DNA of 64,000 nucleotides from Promethearchaeota archaeon. GTDB lineage: Archaea; Asgardarchaeota; Lokiarchaeia; Sigyniarchaeales; SOKP01. Location: positions 32,001 through 96,000 of the forward strand of contig JBHLOC010000003.1 in NCBI GenBank assembly GCA_048940925.1. The letters are read 5' to 3'. Below, piece after piece: positions 1 to 9,911 of the stretch. How positions within the stretch are numbered: the stretch's first letter is position 1; each line of letters opens with the position of its first letter. The notes beneath the pieces were generated by a model, which was not told the origin of the DNA, made no database searches, and saw nothing but the letters and a program-made list of their open reading frames with translations. The position numbers and the translations under genes are program-made.

Positions 1-248
1 AAAAAATGCTCTCTTGAAGGATTCTTGTATTTTTGCAATATTCCCATCTTAATCATTTGATCAACTGCTCTTGATATTGATGAAATTGAATACCCTGTTA
101 AATCAGAAAGAACTTTCTGATTTAATTCTCGTCCTTCAAGAAAAAATGTAGCCATAATTCTTCCAAAAATTATTGGCAAACCTCTCTTATCAACAATTCT
201 CTCGTAAATTTGTAAAAATTTAGATCTGATTTCCTCAACATAACTCAT
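1..248 (-). CDS. GbsR/MarR-family winged-HTH regulator (3' part outside window)
   Basis: Manual translation from ATG at 248: MSYVEEIRSKFLQIYERIVDKRGLPIIFGRIMATFFLEGRELNQKVLSDLTGYSISSISRAVDQMIKMGIL...; GLP..GRI and L...TGYS.SSIS wHTH pattern. Not in the ORF track. Confidence 0.8.
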   Translation of the reverse strand, partial: MSYVEEIRSKFLQIYERIVDKRGLPIIFGRIMATFFLEGRELNQKVLSDLTGYSISSISRAVDQMIKMGILQKYKNPSREHF

Positions 249-308
249 AAATTATACAATAGAAGTAAAATTTATATAATTTTTGATTTTATTATAATTT
301 GTGTAATT

Positions 309-1118
309 ATGAAAATTATGAAAAAAAATTCTAATTCCTTTGTTTGCCCAATTTGTAAATCAGATTTATCATTTCTAAAGAAAAAGTATATATGTCATTC
401 ATGTCATAGGAATTTTAATATTGTTAATAGTATTCCAAATTTCTTTATTGCTTCAGAATCGGAAAAAGAAATCCCAGCGATTAAATCAGTAAAATTTATA
501 GATTACCTCTCAAAAGTTTATGAATCAAAGATTTGGTATCCTTTAGTATATCATTTATATGGAGGTATTAAAATTCCTAATATTCAAAAGACTGTTAATT
601 TAATAACAGAAATGACTAATTCTTCAGATGGTATTGTATTAGATGTTGCATGTGGGACAGGAATTTATACTAGAAGTATTGCTAAGAATGTGAATAAAAT
701 ATATGGTATAGATTTATCTCAAGGAATGCTTGAAAAAGGAATAAATTTAGCTTATAAGAATAAGATTTTTAATATTGAATTTCTTAGAGCTAATGTTGAA
801 AGAATTCCCTTTTCGAACAATTATTTTGATGGAGCATGTTGTTCAGGAGCTTTGCATTTGTTTCCAAATACTATCTTAGCACTAAAAGAGATTGCTAGGG
901 TTTTAAAACCGAATTGCCCTTTAGCAGTTATGACATTTACAAGAAGAAGATTTTTGAAGTATAAATTTATATACGATCATATTAAGAAAAATCATGGAGC
1001 AATTATATTTGATCTAAATGAACTAAGTATCATTTTAAAAAGAGCTGGTTTTAAAAGTTTTAAACCAAAAGTATTTGGTTCTATGCTTTTATTCAGTGCA
1101 AAAAAAAATTATAAATAA
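309..1118 (+). CDS. Class I SAM-dependent methyltransferase (UbiE-like) with N-terminal Trm112-like Zn ribbon
   Basis: CPICK...CHSC; VLDVACGTG motif I; IPF...YFD; ARVLKP. Confidence 0.85.
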   Translation: MKIMKKNSNSFVCPICKSDLSFLKKKYICHSCHRNFNIVNSIPNFFIASESEKEIPAIKSVKFIDYLSKVYESKIWYPLVYHLYGGIKIPNIQKTVNLITEMTNSSDGIVLDVACGTGIYTRSIAKNVNKIYGIDLSQGMLEKGINLAYKNKIFNIEFLRANVERIPFSNNYFDGACCSGALHLFPNTILALKEIARVLKPNCPLAVMTFTRRRFLKYKFIYDHIKKNHGAIIFDLNELSIILKRAGFKSFKPKVFGSMLLFSAKKNYK

Positions 1119-1183
1119 ATAAAAATATTCGTCTATTGAGTCAATCTCAAATTTGTTCCTATTACAGAAAAGTTAAAAATTTC

Positions 1184-2257
1184 TTAAATTGATTTTTCAA
1201 CAATTTTTAATTTGCTTTTAGCGCCAATCACATTAAATTCACTAGGGCTGATTTCAATGTCTTTACCTGTTAAAACATTCACGATTGTGGCTGTTAGAAT
1301 TCCCCAAGGGCATATTGAATTTTCTAACTCTTCCGGTTCCATATATGAGCGAACCACAGATGTTGAACAATTGATAGATTCCACGGTTAATTCATTTTCA
1401 GATATCCAATCTAATTTTAATTTTTCTGCCATACCTATTTCAGTAAATTTATTCATTGCGATTTCTAAAGCTTCGTTTAGATTATATTTTTTTAATTCAT
1501 CTAGATCGAGTCCAATTTGTTTGGAATATCTTTCTAGAAATTCATAGGTTTTAGGAAATACATATTTATATAAAACTGGAGTTCCAACTAATTCTTTTGC
1601 GCTTCCTTCATATCCAAATGTAATTCCATGTAAAATCATAGCAACACCATGAAGATTTGTTTGTTTTGTTATTTCTCCATAAGTTTTAAATTTAAAAGCT
1701 TTTACTATTGCAAAAAGAATAATGCCGATTAATACTGATAGAATTAATGACAATACGTAATTTGGTATTAAGGCTGGTGTAGGTATCCCAAGCGAAGGAT
1801 TTACAAAAAAATAAAAATCAATATTGCTAGTAAAATAAGCTAATGCCCATCCAGCAAATCCAATAGGTCCAATGATCTTTCCATAATTATAAATGAAATC
1901 TTTTTTAAATCTAGCAATTACAAATTTAAATGTAAATAAACAAAATGCAATGATCCCTCCAAGAAATGTATGCCAAAAAATGGTTGTAATATAAAAATCA
2001 CTAAAACCATTTGGATTCAATCGTGGTATTACAGCAAAATAAATGCATAGAGCAGAAAGCAAATAGAAAATAGTTGCTGCAATCCACCCAAATCTCTTAT
2101 GTGCTTTAACTTCTAATAATGTTAATTCCTTTAAATCCCTAATATGTGAAATCCCTATGGATGCATTGGCAAGGGCTAAACCAAAACCTACTGTTGAGAG
2201 ATACAACATAAAGTGATTTAGAAATATCATTTGATCAAAGGTTAATTGAAAAATCAT
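1184..2257 (-). CDS. Membrane protein (about 5 TM, His-containing, cytochrome-b-like) fused to a C-terminal V4R/MetOD1-like domain
   Basis: TM helices with HKRFG and WHTFLG; C-terminal 'ELTVESINCSTS...SICPWG...VLTGKDIEI' V4R-like pattern; SD AGGTGA upstream. Confidence 0.55.
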   Translation of the reverse strand: MIFQLTFDQMIFLNHFMLYLSTVGFGLALANASIGISHIRDLKELTLLEVKAHKRFGWIAATIFYLLSALCIYFAVIPRLNPNGFSDFYITTIFWHTFLGGIIAFCLFTFKFVIARFKKDFIYNYGKIIGPIGFAGWALAYFTSNIDFYFFVNPSLGIPTPALIPNYVLSLILSVLIGIILFAIVKAFKFKTYGEITKQTNLHGVAMILHGITFGYEGSAKELVGTPVLYKYVFPKTYEFLERYSKQIGLDLDELKKYNLNEALEIAMNKFTEIGMAEKLKLDWISENELTVESINCSTSVVRSYMEPEELENSICPWGILTATIVNVLTGKDIEISPSEFNVIGAKSKLKIVEKSI

Positions 2258-2322
2258 TCTTAAATTTCACCTTAAGTTCATTTATTTTAAAGGTAATAGT
2301 TTTCGGATATTAAAATTCAGTC

Positions 2323-2348
2323 AAAGAATATTTACCAATATATTCTTT
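2323..2348. promoter_or_regulatory. Inverted repeat (operator candidate) between the TATA-like box and the start of the 1184..2257 gene
   Basis: AAAGAATAT-N8-ATATTCTTT; minus-strand TTTTATATAT immediately upstream. Confidence 0.35.
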
Positions 2349-2386
2349 TTATATATAAAATTAATGCTTAAAAGAAAAAAGTAAAT

Positions 2387-3490
2387 TTATTTTATTTGGA
2401 GAAATATGTTAAAACAGATATCTTGAATTTTTTGAAATTCATTTAAATCTTCAACTTTTCCTATCATAATTAGAGCAATATTATTAAAATTAATACAAAT
2501 TGTAGTTATTCTCTCTCCACCGATAGAACAGTTAAATAACACTCTATTATATACTTCCTCACTCAATTTTTTTGAAGAAGTTAATACACTTATAGTTTCA
2601 GGTATATAATCAGTGCAATCATACTCCTCATCAAATAGCTTCGAGTAGATAATTTTTCCAATCAAATCTACTAAGTATACTTGTTTAATTTTAGAATCCC
2701 AAATTAATTTCTCAAATTCTTCTGCTATTTTTTTAGGTTTCTTAACATATTTTTCTTTACTCTTGAAGAAATCCAAATCTAAAAACGCTTTTTCAATATT
2801 ATCTACTAATTGGTATTGTTTTACAATAAGTATCTTTTTTCTAATCTCTACTAATATATTTTCATTCCTTACGGTAGTTAATAATATCCATTTTGCATTT
2901 TCATTAAGATTATTTTGATATAAAAATTGAGCTGAGTTAACGATCAACGGAATAAGAAAACTTACTTTTTCTTTATTGACAAATTGTTTAGCATGTATAT
3001 AAAAAACATGTCCTGCTTTTGGTTCAAGAAGTATTATCGATTTAAATATTCCTCCTTCATCAATCTGTTGAATTGACTTAATTAGTGTATCTAGTCCATG
3101 AGCAAAGATAATATCTTCCATTTTTTTATTAAATTTATTAAATTTAGTTATTTCACCATCAAATTCTTTGTTTAGTGGTTCTCTAAACATTTTCGTAAAG
3201 TTTTCCATTATATCATGAACAAGCGAATGTAAAACTTCTATTAATTCTTCATTCTTACTTGTTGCGACAAAAGTGAGTTTTTGTGTATATTCAGCCCATT
3301 TTTCAAAAATTATATTAGTTTCTTTCAATTTTAATGCTTTAATATCTTCTCCTCTTTCCACACTTGCAAAATTATTTAAAGCTGTTAAAAAACCGCTAAT
3401 CAAATCATCATCACTAGTTCTACTACTTTTTTCTGAATGCCAACTAAATAACAACTGACCTGATTCATTGATTATAAATAAGTCATCCAT
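2387..3490 (-). CDS. Longin + two roadblock/longin-like domains (Asgard eukaryotic-signature protein)
   Basis: N-terminal 'LFIINESGQLLF...DDLISGFLTALNNFA...IKALKL' longin pattern; two further ~120-aa units begin IILLEPKAGHVFY and VYLVDLIGKIIY. Confidence 0.7.
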   Translation of the reverse strand: MDDLFIINESGQLLFSWHSEKSSRTSDDDLISGFLTALNNFASVERGEDIKALKLKETNIIFEKWAEYTQKLTFVATSKNEELIEVLHSLVHDIMENFTKMFREPLNKEFDGEITKFNKFNKKMEDIIFAHGLDTLIKSIQQIDEGGIFKSIILLEPKAGHVFYIHAKQFVNKEKVSFLIPLIVNSAQFLYQNNLNENAKWILLTTVRNENILVEIRKKILIVKQYQLVDNIEKAFLDLDFFKSKEKYVKKPKKIAEEFEKLIWDSKIKQVYLVDLIGKIIYSKLFDEEYDCTDYIPETISVLTSSKKLSEEVYNRVLFNCSIGGERITTICINFNNIALIMIGKVEDLNEFQKIQDICFNIFLQIK

Positions 3491-3620
3491 GATAATATTA
3501 AAAATGATTTTAAATTAAATGAATATGAAGTTTTTTTTAACTTTAACCTAATATAGTATAATAAAAAGATTTTCTCCATTGCTAATTAGTATTACCTAAT
3601 TTTTAATAGATATAAGAGAT

Positions 3621-3640
3621 TTTACCCTATCAAGGGTAAA
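3621..3640. promoter_or_regulatory. Palindromic operator candidate upstream of the thiolase-like gene
   Basis: TTTACCCT-ATCA-AGGGTAAA ending 13 bp before ATG 3654. Confidence 0.5.
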
Positions 3641-3653
3641 TTGGTAATTACTT

Positions 3654-5159
3654 ATGGATAAAAAAAACATTCCAATTATTATAGGTGCAGCACAATTCAC
3701 ACAGCATAAGGGTACTTCCAAACCATTAGATCCACTCAGTTTAATGGCTAAGACTAGTAAAATGGCTATTGATGATAGCAAATCGAAAAAATTAGTAGAA
3801 TACATCGATGCTGTATATATGATCAACATTATTTCATGGTCTTATGAAGATGGTCCGGTTGAGCTCAGTACAAGATTGGGTATTAAACCTATTAAAAAAG
3901 TATATTTACCTGAGGGTGGACATTCACCCCAGATGTTGGTTAATCGAGCTGCTAACGACATATCATCTGGAGAATTTCGCTGTATTCTTGTCACTGGTGG
4001 AGAGGCAGCTTATTCTATATTTAAAACTTTTCAAAACCAACCTCCACCATATTGGCCAGAAAGAAAAATACCTAAATACATAGAAAAAAAAGCGTGGGAA
4101 TATACTAATAAAGTTGAGAGGAAATATGGAATGATAAATGCACCACTCACATACGCTATTTTAGAAACAGCATTGAGGGCTTCATCTGGTCGAAATCCAC
4201 AAAAACATAATAAATATCTTGGAAAGCTCTTTGAACATTTTTCTAAACACGCATCGAATAATCCTTATAGCTGGACTCAAGAAAATTATACAGCAGAAGA
4301 AATAATTACAGCTTTTCCTGAGAATCGATATATTGATTATCCTTATACAAAACGTATGTGTGCTAATGTTTTTGTAGATCAGTCAGCTTCTCTTTTGATT
4401 ACAAGTGAAGAACTTGCTAAAACACTTAATATTGACCATAAAAAATGGATATATGTAATGGGGGGTGCTGATTTATATAATATCCCACATGTTACTCAAC
4501 GTCCGAAACTTGACAACTCTCCTGCGGTAAAGGAAGCAACTAGAATTGCTCTAAGACAAGCAGGACTGAAACTTAAAGATATTGATAAATTTGACTTATA
4601 CAGCTGTTTTCCTTCTATAGTTGAGATTATTATGAATGAGCTCGAGATCAAAGAGGATGATCCTCGTGATTTAACAATTACAGGTGGGCTTCCCTATTTT
4701 GGTGGACCACTAAGCTTTTATTCTTTACATTCTATTATAAATGCCGTAGATTTAATTCGAAAAAATCGTTCTTTAAAGATATTCATTGTAGCAAATGGTG
4801 GGTATAACACTAAGCTATCTGTTGGAATTTATGGTTCTGAACCCCCTGTAATACCTTGGGGAACCCATAAGGATCAAGAAATCCAACAATCGATTTTAAA
4901 AGATGCTTTACCAGAACCTGTTGAAATGGCGAATGGTAAACTTGTCATCGACGGATATAGTATTAAGTATGACCGATCTGGTCAACCTGAAAAAGCAATT
5001 TTTATTGGAACACTTCAAAATGGAAAACGTGCTCTTGCCATTATTAAATCGGGATTAGATATAAACCTAAATCTAGAAGCACAGGAGCTTGTAGGAAAAA
5101 CTTGTATTATTGAATATGATCCTCAAGAAGATCAAAATCTAGTACTCAGTTTTGAATAA
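3654..5159 (+). CDS. Thiolase-like protein (TLP1 type, acetyl-CoA acetyltransferase family) with C-terminal extra domain
   Basis: PIIIGAAQ, GG.SPQ, YPYTKRM.AN..VDQ, DLYSCFP, TITGGLPYFGGP, ANGG. Confidence 0.85.
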   Translation: MDKKNIPIIIGAAQFTQHKGTSKPLDPLSLMAKTSKMAIDDSKSKKLVEYIDAVYMINIISWSYEDGPVELSTRLGIKPIKKVYLPEGGHSPQMLVNRAANDISSGEFRCILVTGGEAAYSIFKTFQNQPPPYWPERKIPKYIEKKAWEYTNKVERKYGMINAPLTYAILETALRASSGRNPQKHNKYLGKLFEHFSKHASNNPYSWTQENYTAEEIITAFPENRYIDYPYTKRMCANVFVDQSASLLITSEELAKTLNIDHKKWIYVMGGADLYNIPHVTQRPKLDNSPAVKEATRIALRQAGLKLKDIDKFDLYSCFPSIVEIIMNELEIKEDDPRDLTITGGLPYFGGPLSFYSLHSIINAVDLIRKNRSLKIFIVANGGYNTKLSVGIYGSEPPVIPWGTHKDQEIQQSILKDALPEPVEMANGKLVIDGYSIKYDRSGQPEKAIFIGTLQNGKRALAIIKSGLDINLNLEAQELVGKTCIIEYDPQEDQNLVLSFE

Positions 5160-5243
5160 TTTCTTTTATTCATACAAAAATTTTACAAAAAAAAAGCTTA
5201 AATATAAATTCTATTATAAAATTGTTGTAAAAAAATAATAAAG

Positions 5244-5278
5244 AAAGCTATAGATATCAATTTAGCTTTTTTTTTTTT
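5244..5278 (+). terminator. Hairpin plus long T-tract downstream of the thiolase-like gene
   Basis: AAAGCTA-N12-TAGCTTT followed by a poly-T run. Confidence 0.45.
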
Positions 5279-5329
5279 CTTTACTAAATCTAACCTTTTA
5301 ATTTAAGAGAAGAAAGAGGTGTTATTTTT

Positions 5330-6031
5330 ATATCTCAAGATGAAATGAAAGAGATTACAGAAAATCTCGATGAAAAAATTGTACAAAGTTTACAAGAAAA
5401 AGTTTCCGAATATTCTGTTAAAATTAGTGAGCTTGCAGAAAAACTATCTAAAAAAAGTGAAGAGTTAGAAAATTTGACAAAAAATAATAGTGATTTAAAT
5501 TCCAAACTAGAAGAAACAGAATTAAATTTAGAATCTAAAGTGAGCGAACTAAGTAAACTAAATTCGGAGATATATGACTTGAAAAAAACTATTTCTTTAC
5601 AAGAGAATGAAATTAATAAGTTAAATACAAAAGAGAGCAAATTGAATTTAAGAGATGAAGAATTAGTTAATTCACTCCAAGAAAAAGATAATATTATAAA
5701 AGAATTAAATAATAACGTTACAGCTAAGGAAAATAAAATCAAAGGACTAAATGATAAACTGGCAGTCAACGATAAAGTTATTCTTGACCAACAAAATAAA
5801 TTAGAACAGTTAGAAGCAGAATTGAATAAGGCTAAAACAGAATTATCAGAATTAAAACCTCAGGAACCAACAATATATACAAGTGAAGAAAGATTAGTTT
5901 GCCCCCGCTGTGGTGCGAAAGGGAAAGATCTAAAAACTGAAGAAGATAAAAGTAAAGTTCTTAGTTATGTTGGACATAGTCCTATGTACGCGAAGAAAAA
6001 TGTGTGTAAAAAGTGTGGTTATGACTTTTAA
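5330..6031 (+). CDS. Long coiled-coil protein with C-terminal Zn ribbon (probable ATA start at 5330; first ATG at 5345)
   Basis: Heptad-rich E/K/L/N sequence; CPRCG...CKKCG; SD GAGGTG at 5316-5321. Confidence 0.75.
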   Translation: MSQDEMKEITENLDEKIVQSLQEKVSEYSVKISELAEKLSKKSEELENLTKNNSDLNSKLEETELNLESKVSELSKLNSEIYDLKKTISLQENEINKLNTKESKLNLRDEELVNSLQEKDNIIKELNNNVTAKENKIKGLNDKLAVNDKVILDQQNKLEQLEAELNKAKTELSELKPQEPTIYTSEERLVCPRCGAKGKDLKTEEDKSKVLSYVGHSPMYAKKNVCKKCGYDF

Positions 6032-6174
6032 TTAAGTAATTTCATTTTTCTTTAAACTATATTACCTATACTTAATTTAATAATTTAAATTAACCAATAT
6101 AGTCTAGATTATTTTTTACATCGATGAATAAGATATAAAAAAGTATATTTCTAATTAATAAACTGTGATGAGAG

Positions 6175-7197
6175 TTGATAAAAACAAGAATTACAGAAAA
6201 ATTTGGAATAAAGTATCCTATTATTAGTGCTCCTATGGGTCCATTTTATACTACTAAATTAACAATTGCTGTTTCTGAAGCTGGTGGACTTGGTGTTTTA
6301 AGTCATGTAACTTTACGAGGTAAAAATTCAGTTTTAGATTTTAAAGAACAGTTAGATTACGTAATTGAGCACACAGATAAGCCCTTTGGCTTAAATGTAA
6401 GAACTGCTCGTATTCAAACAGACCATAAAATTTTATTAAGAAAAATCCCTGAATGGCGTAAAAAAGATCCAAAGCTTCGAGAACAGCTAATTTATGCCGT
6501 AACAAGTGCAGGTAGTCCCCGAATTGCAGCAAAAATGTGGAAAGAAAAAGCACCTGATATGTATCATTTTCATGTTGGCCCTGCTTTATGGCTAGTAGAT
6601 AAAATAGTGGAATCTGGTTGCGATGGAATTGTGGCTACGGGAACAGAAGGTGGAGGCCATCAGAGTTATGAAGGTATAACTACTTTAGTATTAGTTCAAC
6701 AAGTCGCAGAAAAGTATCCTGAAAAAATGTTAGTAGCATGTGGAGGATTTGCCAATCCTGAAGGAATAGCCGCAGGTTTATCTATGGGGGCTGATGCTAT
6801 CGCAATGGGTACTCGATTTATTGCTTCTAATCAGAGCGAATTTCATCAAAATTATAAAGATCTTATACTTCCCGCAACAGCTCGAGATACAATGCTTACA
6901 ACCGGAGGATTTGGTCCTATCCGTCTATTAAAAAATAAATATTGCTTAAAACATGGGAAGGTGATCTCTAAAGAAGAAAAAATTTCACAAGAGATAGCTT
7001 ATGGGATGGATGAATATCTCGAAGAACTCTATAGGTATGAAATTGTGTATACCCAAGGAGATGTAGATAATGGTGCTATACCCGTAGGCCAAACCTGTGG
7101 ATTAATTGATACTATAATGGATGTTGATGATATTGTATGTGGATTTACAAAAAAAGCTGAGGTTTTATTAAAAAAAATATGCTCAAATATCTCGTAA
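6175..7197 (+). CDS. Nitronate monooxygenase / FabK-like FMN oxidoreductase
   Basis: YPIISAPM, AVSEAGGLG, G.EGGGH, ACGGF, MGTRF. Confidence 0.88.
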   Translation: MIKTRITEKFGIKYPIISAPMGPFYTTKLTIAVSEAGGLGVLSHVTLRGKNSVLDFKEQLDYVIEHTDKPFGLNVRTARIQTDHKILLRKIPEWRKKDPKLREQLIYAVTSAGSPRIAAKMWKEKAPDMYHFHVGPALWLVDKIVESGCDGIVATGTEGGGHQSYEGITTLVLVQQVAEKYPEKMLVACGGFANPEGIAAGLSMGADAIAMGTRFIASNQSEFHQNYKDLILPATARDTMLTTGGFGPIRLLKNKYCLKHGKVISKEEKISQEIAYGMDEYLEELYRYEIVYTQGDVDNGAIPVGQTCGLIDTIMDVDDIVCGFTKKAEVLLKKICSNIS

Positions 7198-7258
7198 AAT
7201 TCTGTTTTTTCTATTATTTATATTGTGTTAAATAAAAAACAAAAAAATTAAATAATCA

Positions 7259-9073
7259 TTATTCTTCACGCAATTCTCTTCTTAATATCTTTCCTATAAC
7301 AGATTTAGGTAATTCAGGGACGATTTCAATGTATCGTGGATATTTAAGTGGGCCGATATTGTCCTTACACCATTCCATTAAATCCTCTTCGGTGACTTTC
7401 CCTTGATATTCTGGTTTTAATGATATAAAAGCTTTGATGGTTTGAACTGCTTCTGGATCTGGCACACCAATCACCCCTACTTCATTTACGGCTTCATGCA
7501 TATATATGAGATCTTCAACCTCTCTTGGGAACACACCATGTCCTTTATATTTTATCATATCTCGCTTTCTATCTTTAATACGGATATATCCATTATTATC
7601 TATACACCCAATATCTGCAGTATAATACCATGGTATGCCTTTTGAATCCTCCCTTAAAGCAAACTCAGTATCTTCTTTTCTACCTAAATATCCTAACATA
7701 ATTTGAGGACCTGTTCCACATATTTCGCCAATATATTTAAATTCTTCCGAACCACAATTTTCACAGCTTTCATTTGGACATGGAGGTAGAATCGTTTTTC
7801 CGTCTTCAATATCAACAATCCTAACGTATGTATCTGGTAAGGGAAGACCAACACTGTTAATTCTAAAATTCTTAAATGGATTCAACGATAATACTGGTGA
7901 ACATTCTGACATACCATATCCTTCAATAATTAGAGCACTAGTTATCTCTTCAAATCTTTGCTTAACTTCTAACGGTAAAGCAGAAGCTGAACTTATACAG
8001 GCTATTAAAGAATCAAGTTTTCCTTTATATTTAATGGAATCCGGATCTTGATTAATTTTTATGTACAATGTAGGAACTCCAGGTATAAATGTAGCTTTTT
8101 CTTTCATCATTACTTTTAATATTTTTGATAATTTTTCAGGTGGACGAGGTAATAAAATTATTTTCCAACCTTCAAGTATTGCAACTGTCATTCCTATATT
8201 TCCATAAGCATGAGCTAAGGGTACAACTAATAATATCCCCCCTGTTCCTTTTGCATCTTCCATTTCAGTTAATTGCTTTGTGGCCCAGATGTCAGTTTGT
8301 TGTGCATTCACTACCATATTAAAATGAGATGTCATAACTCCTTTTGGAACTCCCGTGGTTCCCCCAGTATATATAAGAATAGCCGGATCATTCTTAATAT
8401 CGATATTTACGTTAGGAACATTGATAGGTATTCCCCTTTGTAAGACATCTTGGTATTTGTGGAATTTAATTTCACCTACTTTTTCTGGCCATACTTTCAT
8501 CCTAGGAACTTTACCTAAAAAGGTCCCGAGTTTTGCTTTTATATTAGGTAGATATTCTGCTAAACCGGTTAAAATAACTTTCTCTAATGTAGGCATCTTT
8601 CTTAAATCTTTCCCTAAAAGATATTCTTCATACAAGTAATCTAAGATAATCAAAATCTTAGCTTTTGAATCATTTACCTGATGAACAATTTCTATAAAGC
8701 GATTTACTGGAAGTATTGGATTAGATATGGCCCCAATTCGAACAATTGCCCAGTGAGCTATAATATATTGAGGAACATTTGGTAAATCGATACAAACAAC
8801 ATCCCCTTTTCTAATACCTAATTTAGAAAGCCCAGTAGCAAATTGATCTACAAGAATATCTAAATCTAAATATGTCATTCGAAAACCTTCAAAGAAAATC
8901 GCTTGAGAGTCAGGATATCTGTTAGCTGTTCTACTAAGAAGTTCTCCTAAAGGAATTTCATCATAATCATAATGTCGTGGGACGTGTTTTGGCCAATTTC
9001 GATCCATACCGTAAAATTTAAAGAGTTTTTCTTTATTCATTTCATTTAATTTCATTAGTTCTTCTTGACTCAT
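7259..9073 (-). CDS. Long-chain fatty acid-CoA ligase
   Basis: YTGGTTGVPKG, EGYGMSE, YTADIG, DRKRDMI, LPKSVIGKILRR. Confidence 0.92.
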   Translation of the reverse strand: MSQEELMKLNEMNKEKLFKFYGMDRNWPKHVPRHYDYDEIPLGELLSRTANRYPDSQAIFFEGFRMTYLDLDILVDQFATGLSKLGIRKGDVVCIDLPNVPQYIIAHWAIVRIGAISNPILPVNRFIEIVHQVNDSKAKILIILDYLYEEYLLGKDLRKMPTLEKVILTGLAEYLPNIKAKLGTFLGKVPRMKVWPEKVGEIKFHKYQDVLQRGIPINVPNVNIDIKNDPAILIYTGGTTGVPKGVMTSHFNMVVNAQQTDIWATKQLTEMEDAKGTGGILLVVPLAHAYGNIGMTVAILEGWKIILLPRPPEKLSKILKVMMKEKATFIPGVPTLYIKINQDPDSIKYKGKLDSLIACISSASALPLEVKQRFEEITSALIIEGYGMSECSPVLSLNPFKNFRINSVGLPLPDTYVRIVDIEDGKTILPPCPNESCENCGSEEFKYIGEICGTGPQIMLGYLGRKEDTEFALREDSKGIPWYYTADIGCIDNNGYIRIKDRKRDMIKYKGHGVFPREVEDLIYMHEAVNEVGVIGVPDPEAVQTIKAFISLKPEYQGKVTEEDLMEWCKDNIGPLKYPRYIEIVPELPKSVIGKILRRELREE

Positions 9074-9186
9074 TTTGATCAGTTTTGATGTTTTTATGCG
9101 ATTTTATAATATTTATTTCTATTTAATATTATAAAAAAATTTGGAGTCAAAATCAGTTTATTTATTGCAGATAAGAAGTGTCATTA

Positions 9187-9624
9187 TTAGATATTCATCT
9201 TATATAAGTTCTTATTTGGGATAAAACTCATCATGATTAAATCATCTCTTATCTCCCAACCTAGATTTTGATAAAAACTAACTACTTCTTGATTATATTT
9301 TTCAATAAATAAGTGAATTTTGTGAGCCCCAATAATACGAAATCTTTCAATCAATTCATCCATTATCTTTTTACCATATCCTTTTTTTTGGTGATCCGGA
9401 TCTACTGCAAGATGGTGAACATAGCCTCTTCTCCCATCGAATCCCCCTATTACAACACATATGACTTTTTTGTGTAATTTTCCAATTAAAAAAAGATTTG
9501 GATTTCTCTGAAGCATTTTATTTATTTCTTGTCTTGTATCTGAGGAACCTACATTTATTCCTGCTTTCCTCCAGAGCTTAATAATTTCATCATATAAATC
9601 CATAGTATATTTTTCAATCTTCAT
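9187..9624 (-). CDS. GNAT acetyltransferase (YpeA-like)
   Basis: GGFDGRRGYVHHLAVDPDHQKKGYG; FYQNLGW. Confidence 0.9.
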   Translation of the reverse strand: MKIEKYTMDLYDEIIKLWRKAGINVGSSDTRQEINKMLQRNPNLFLIGKLHKKVICVVIGGFDGRRGYVHHLAVDPDHQKKGYGKKIMDELIERFRIIGAHKIHLFIEKYNQEVVSFYQNLGWEIRDDLIMMSFIPNKNLYKMNI

Positions 9625-9911
9625 TTGCTATAATATTGAGAGGTTATATATTGTTAATTTATCAAGTTTTCATAATGATTTAAAAGATTCTAAAGATAGT
9701 TTTATGGGAGTTATTTAGCTTATATAGGAATTATCCAAAAAAATAAAAGCTAATGATCACTAATTTTTTGAACCATCATAGAATATATTAAAGTTTAAAA
9801 AATTTGGATTTTTTTGGAAATTCAAAAAGACTAGTATTACATGTTCAGAAAAATTTATTAATCTATGAGTTAAAGAGTGCTGAATAAATTAAAACAAGAG
9901 TGATATAATAA

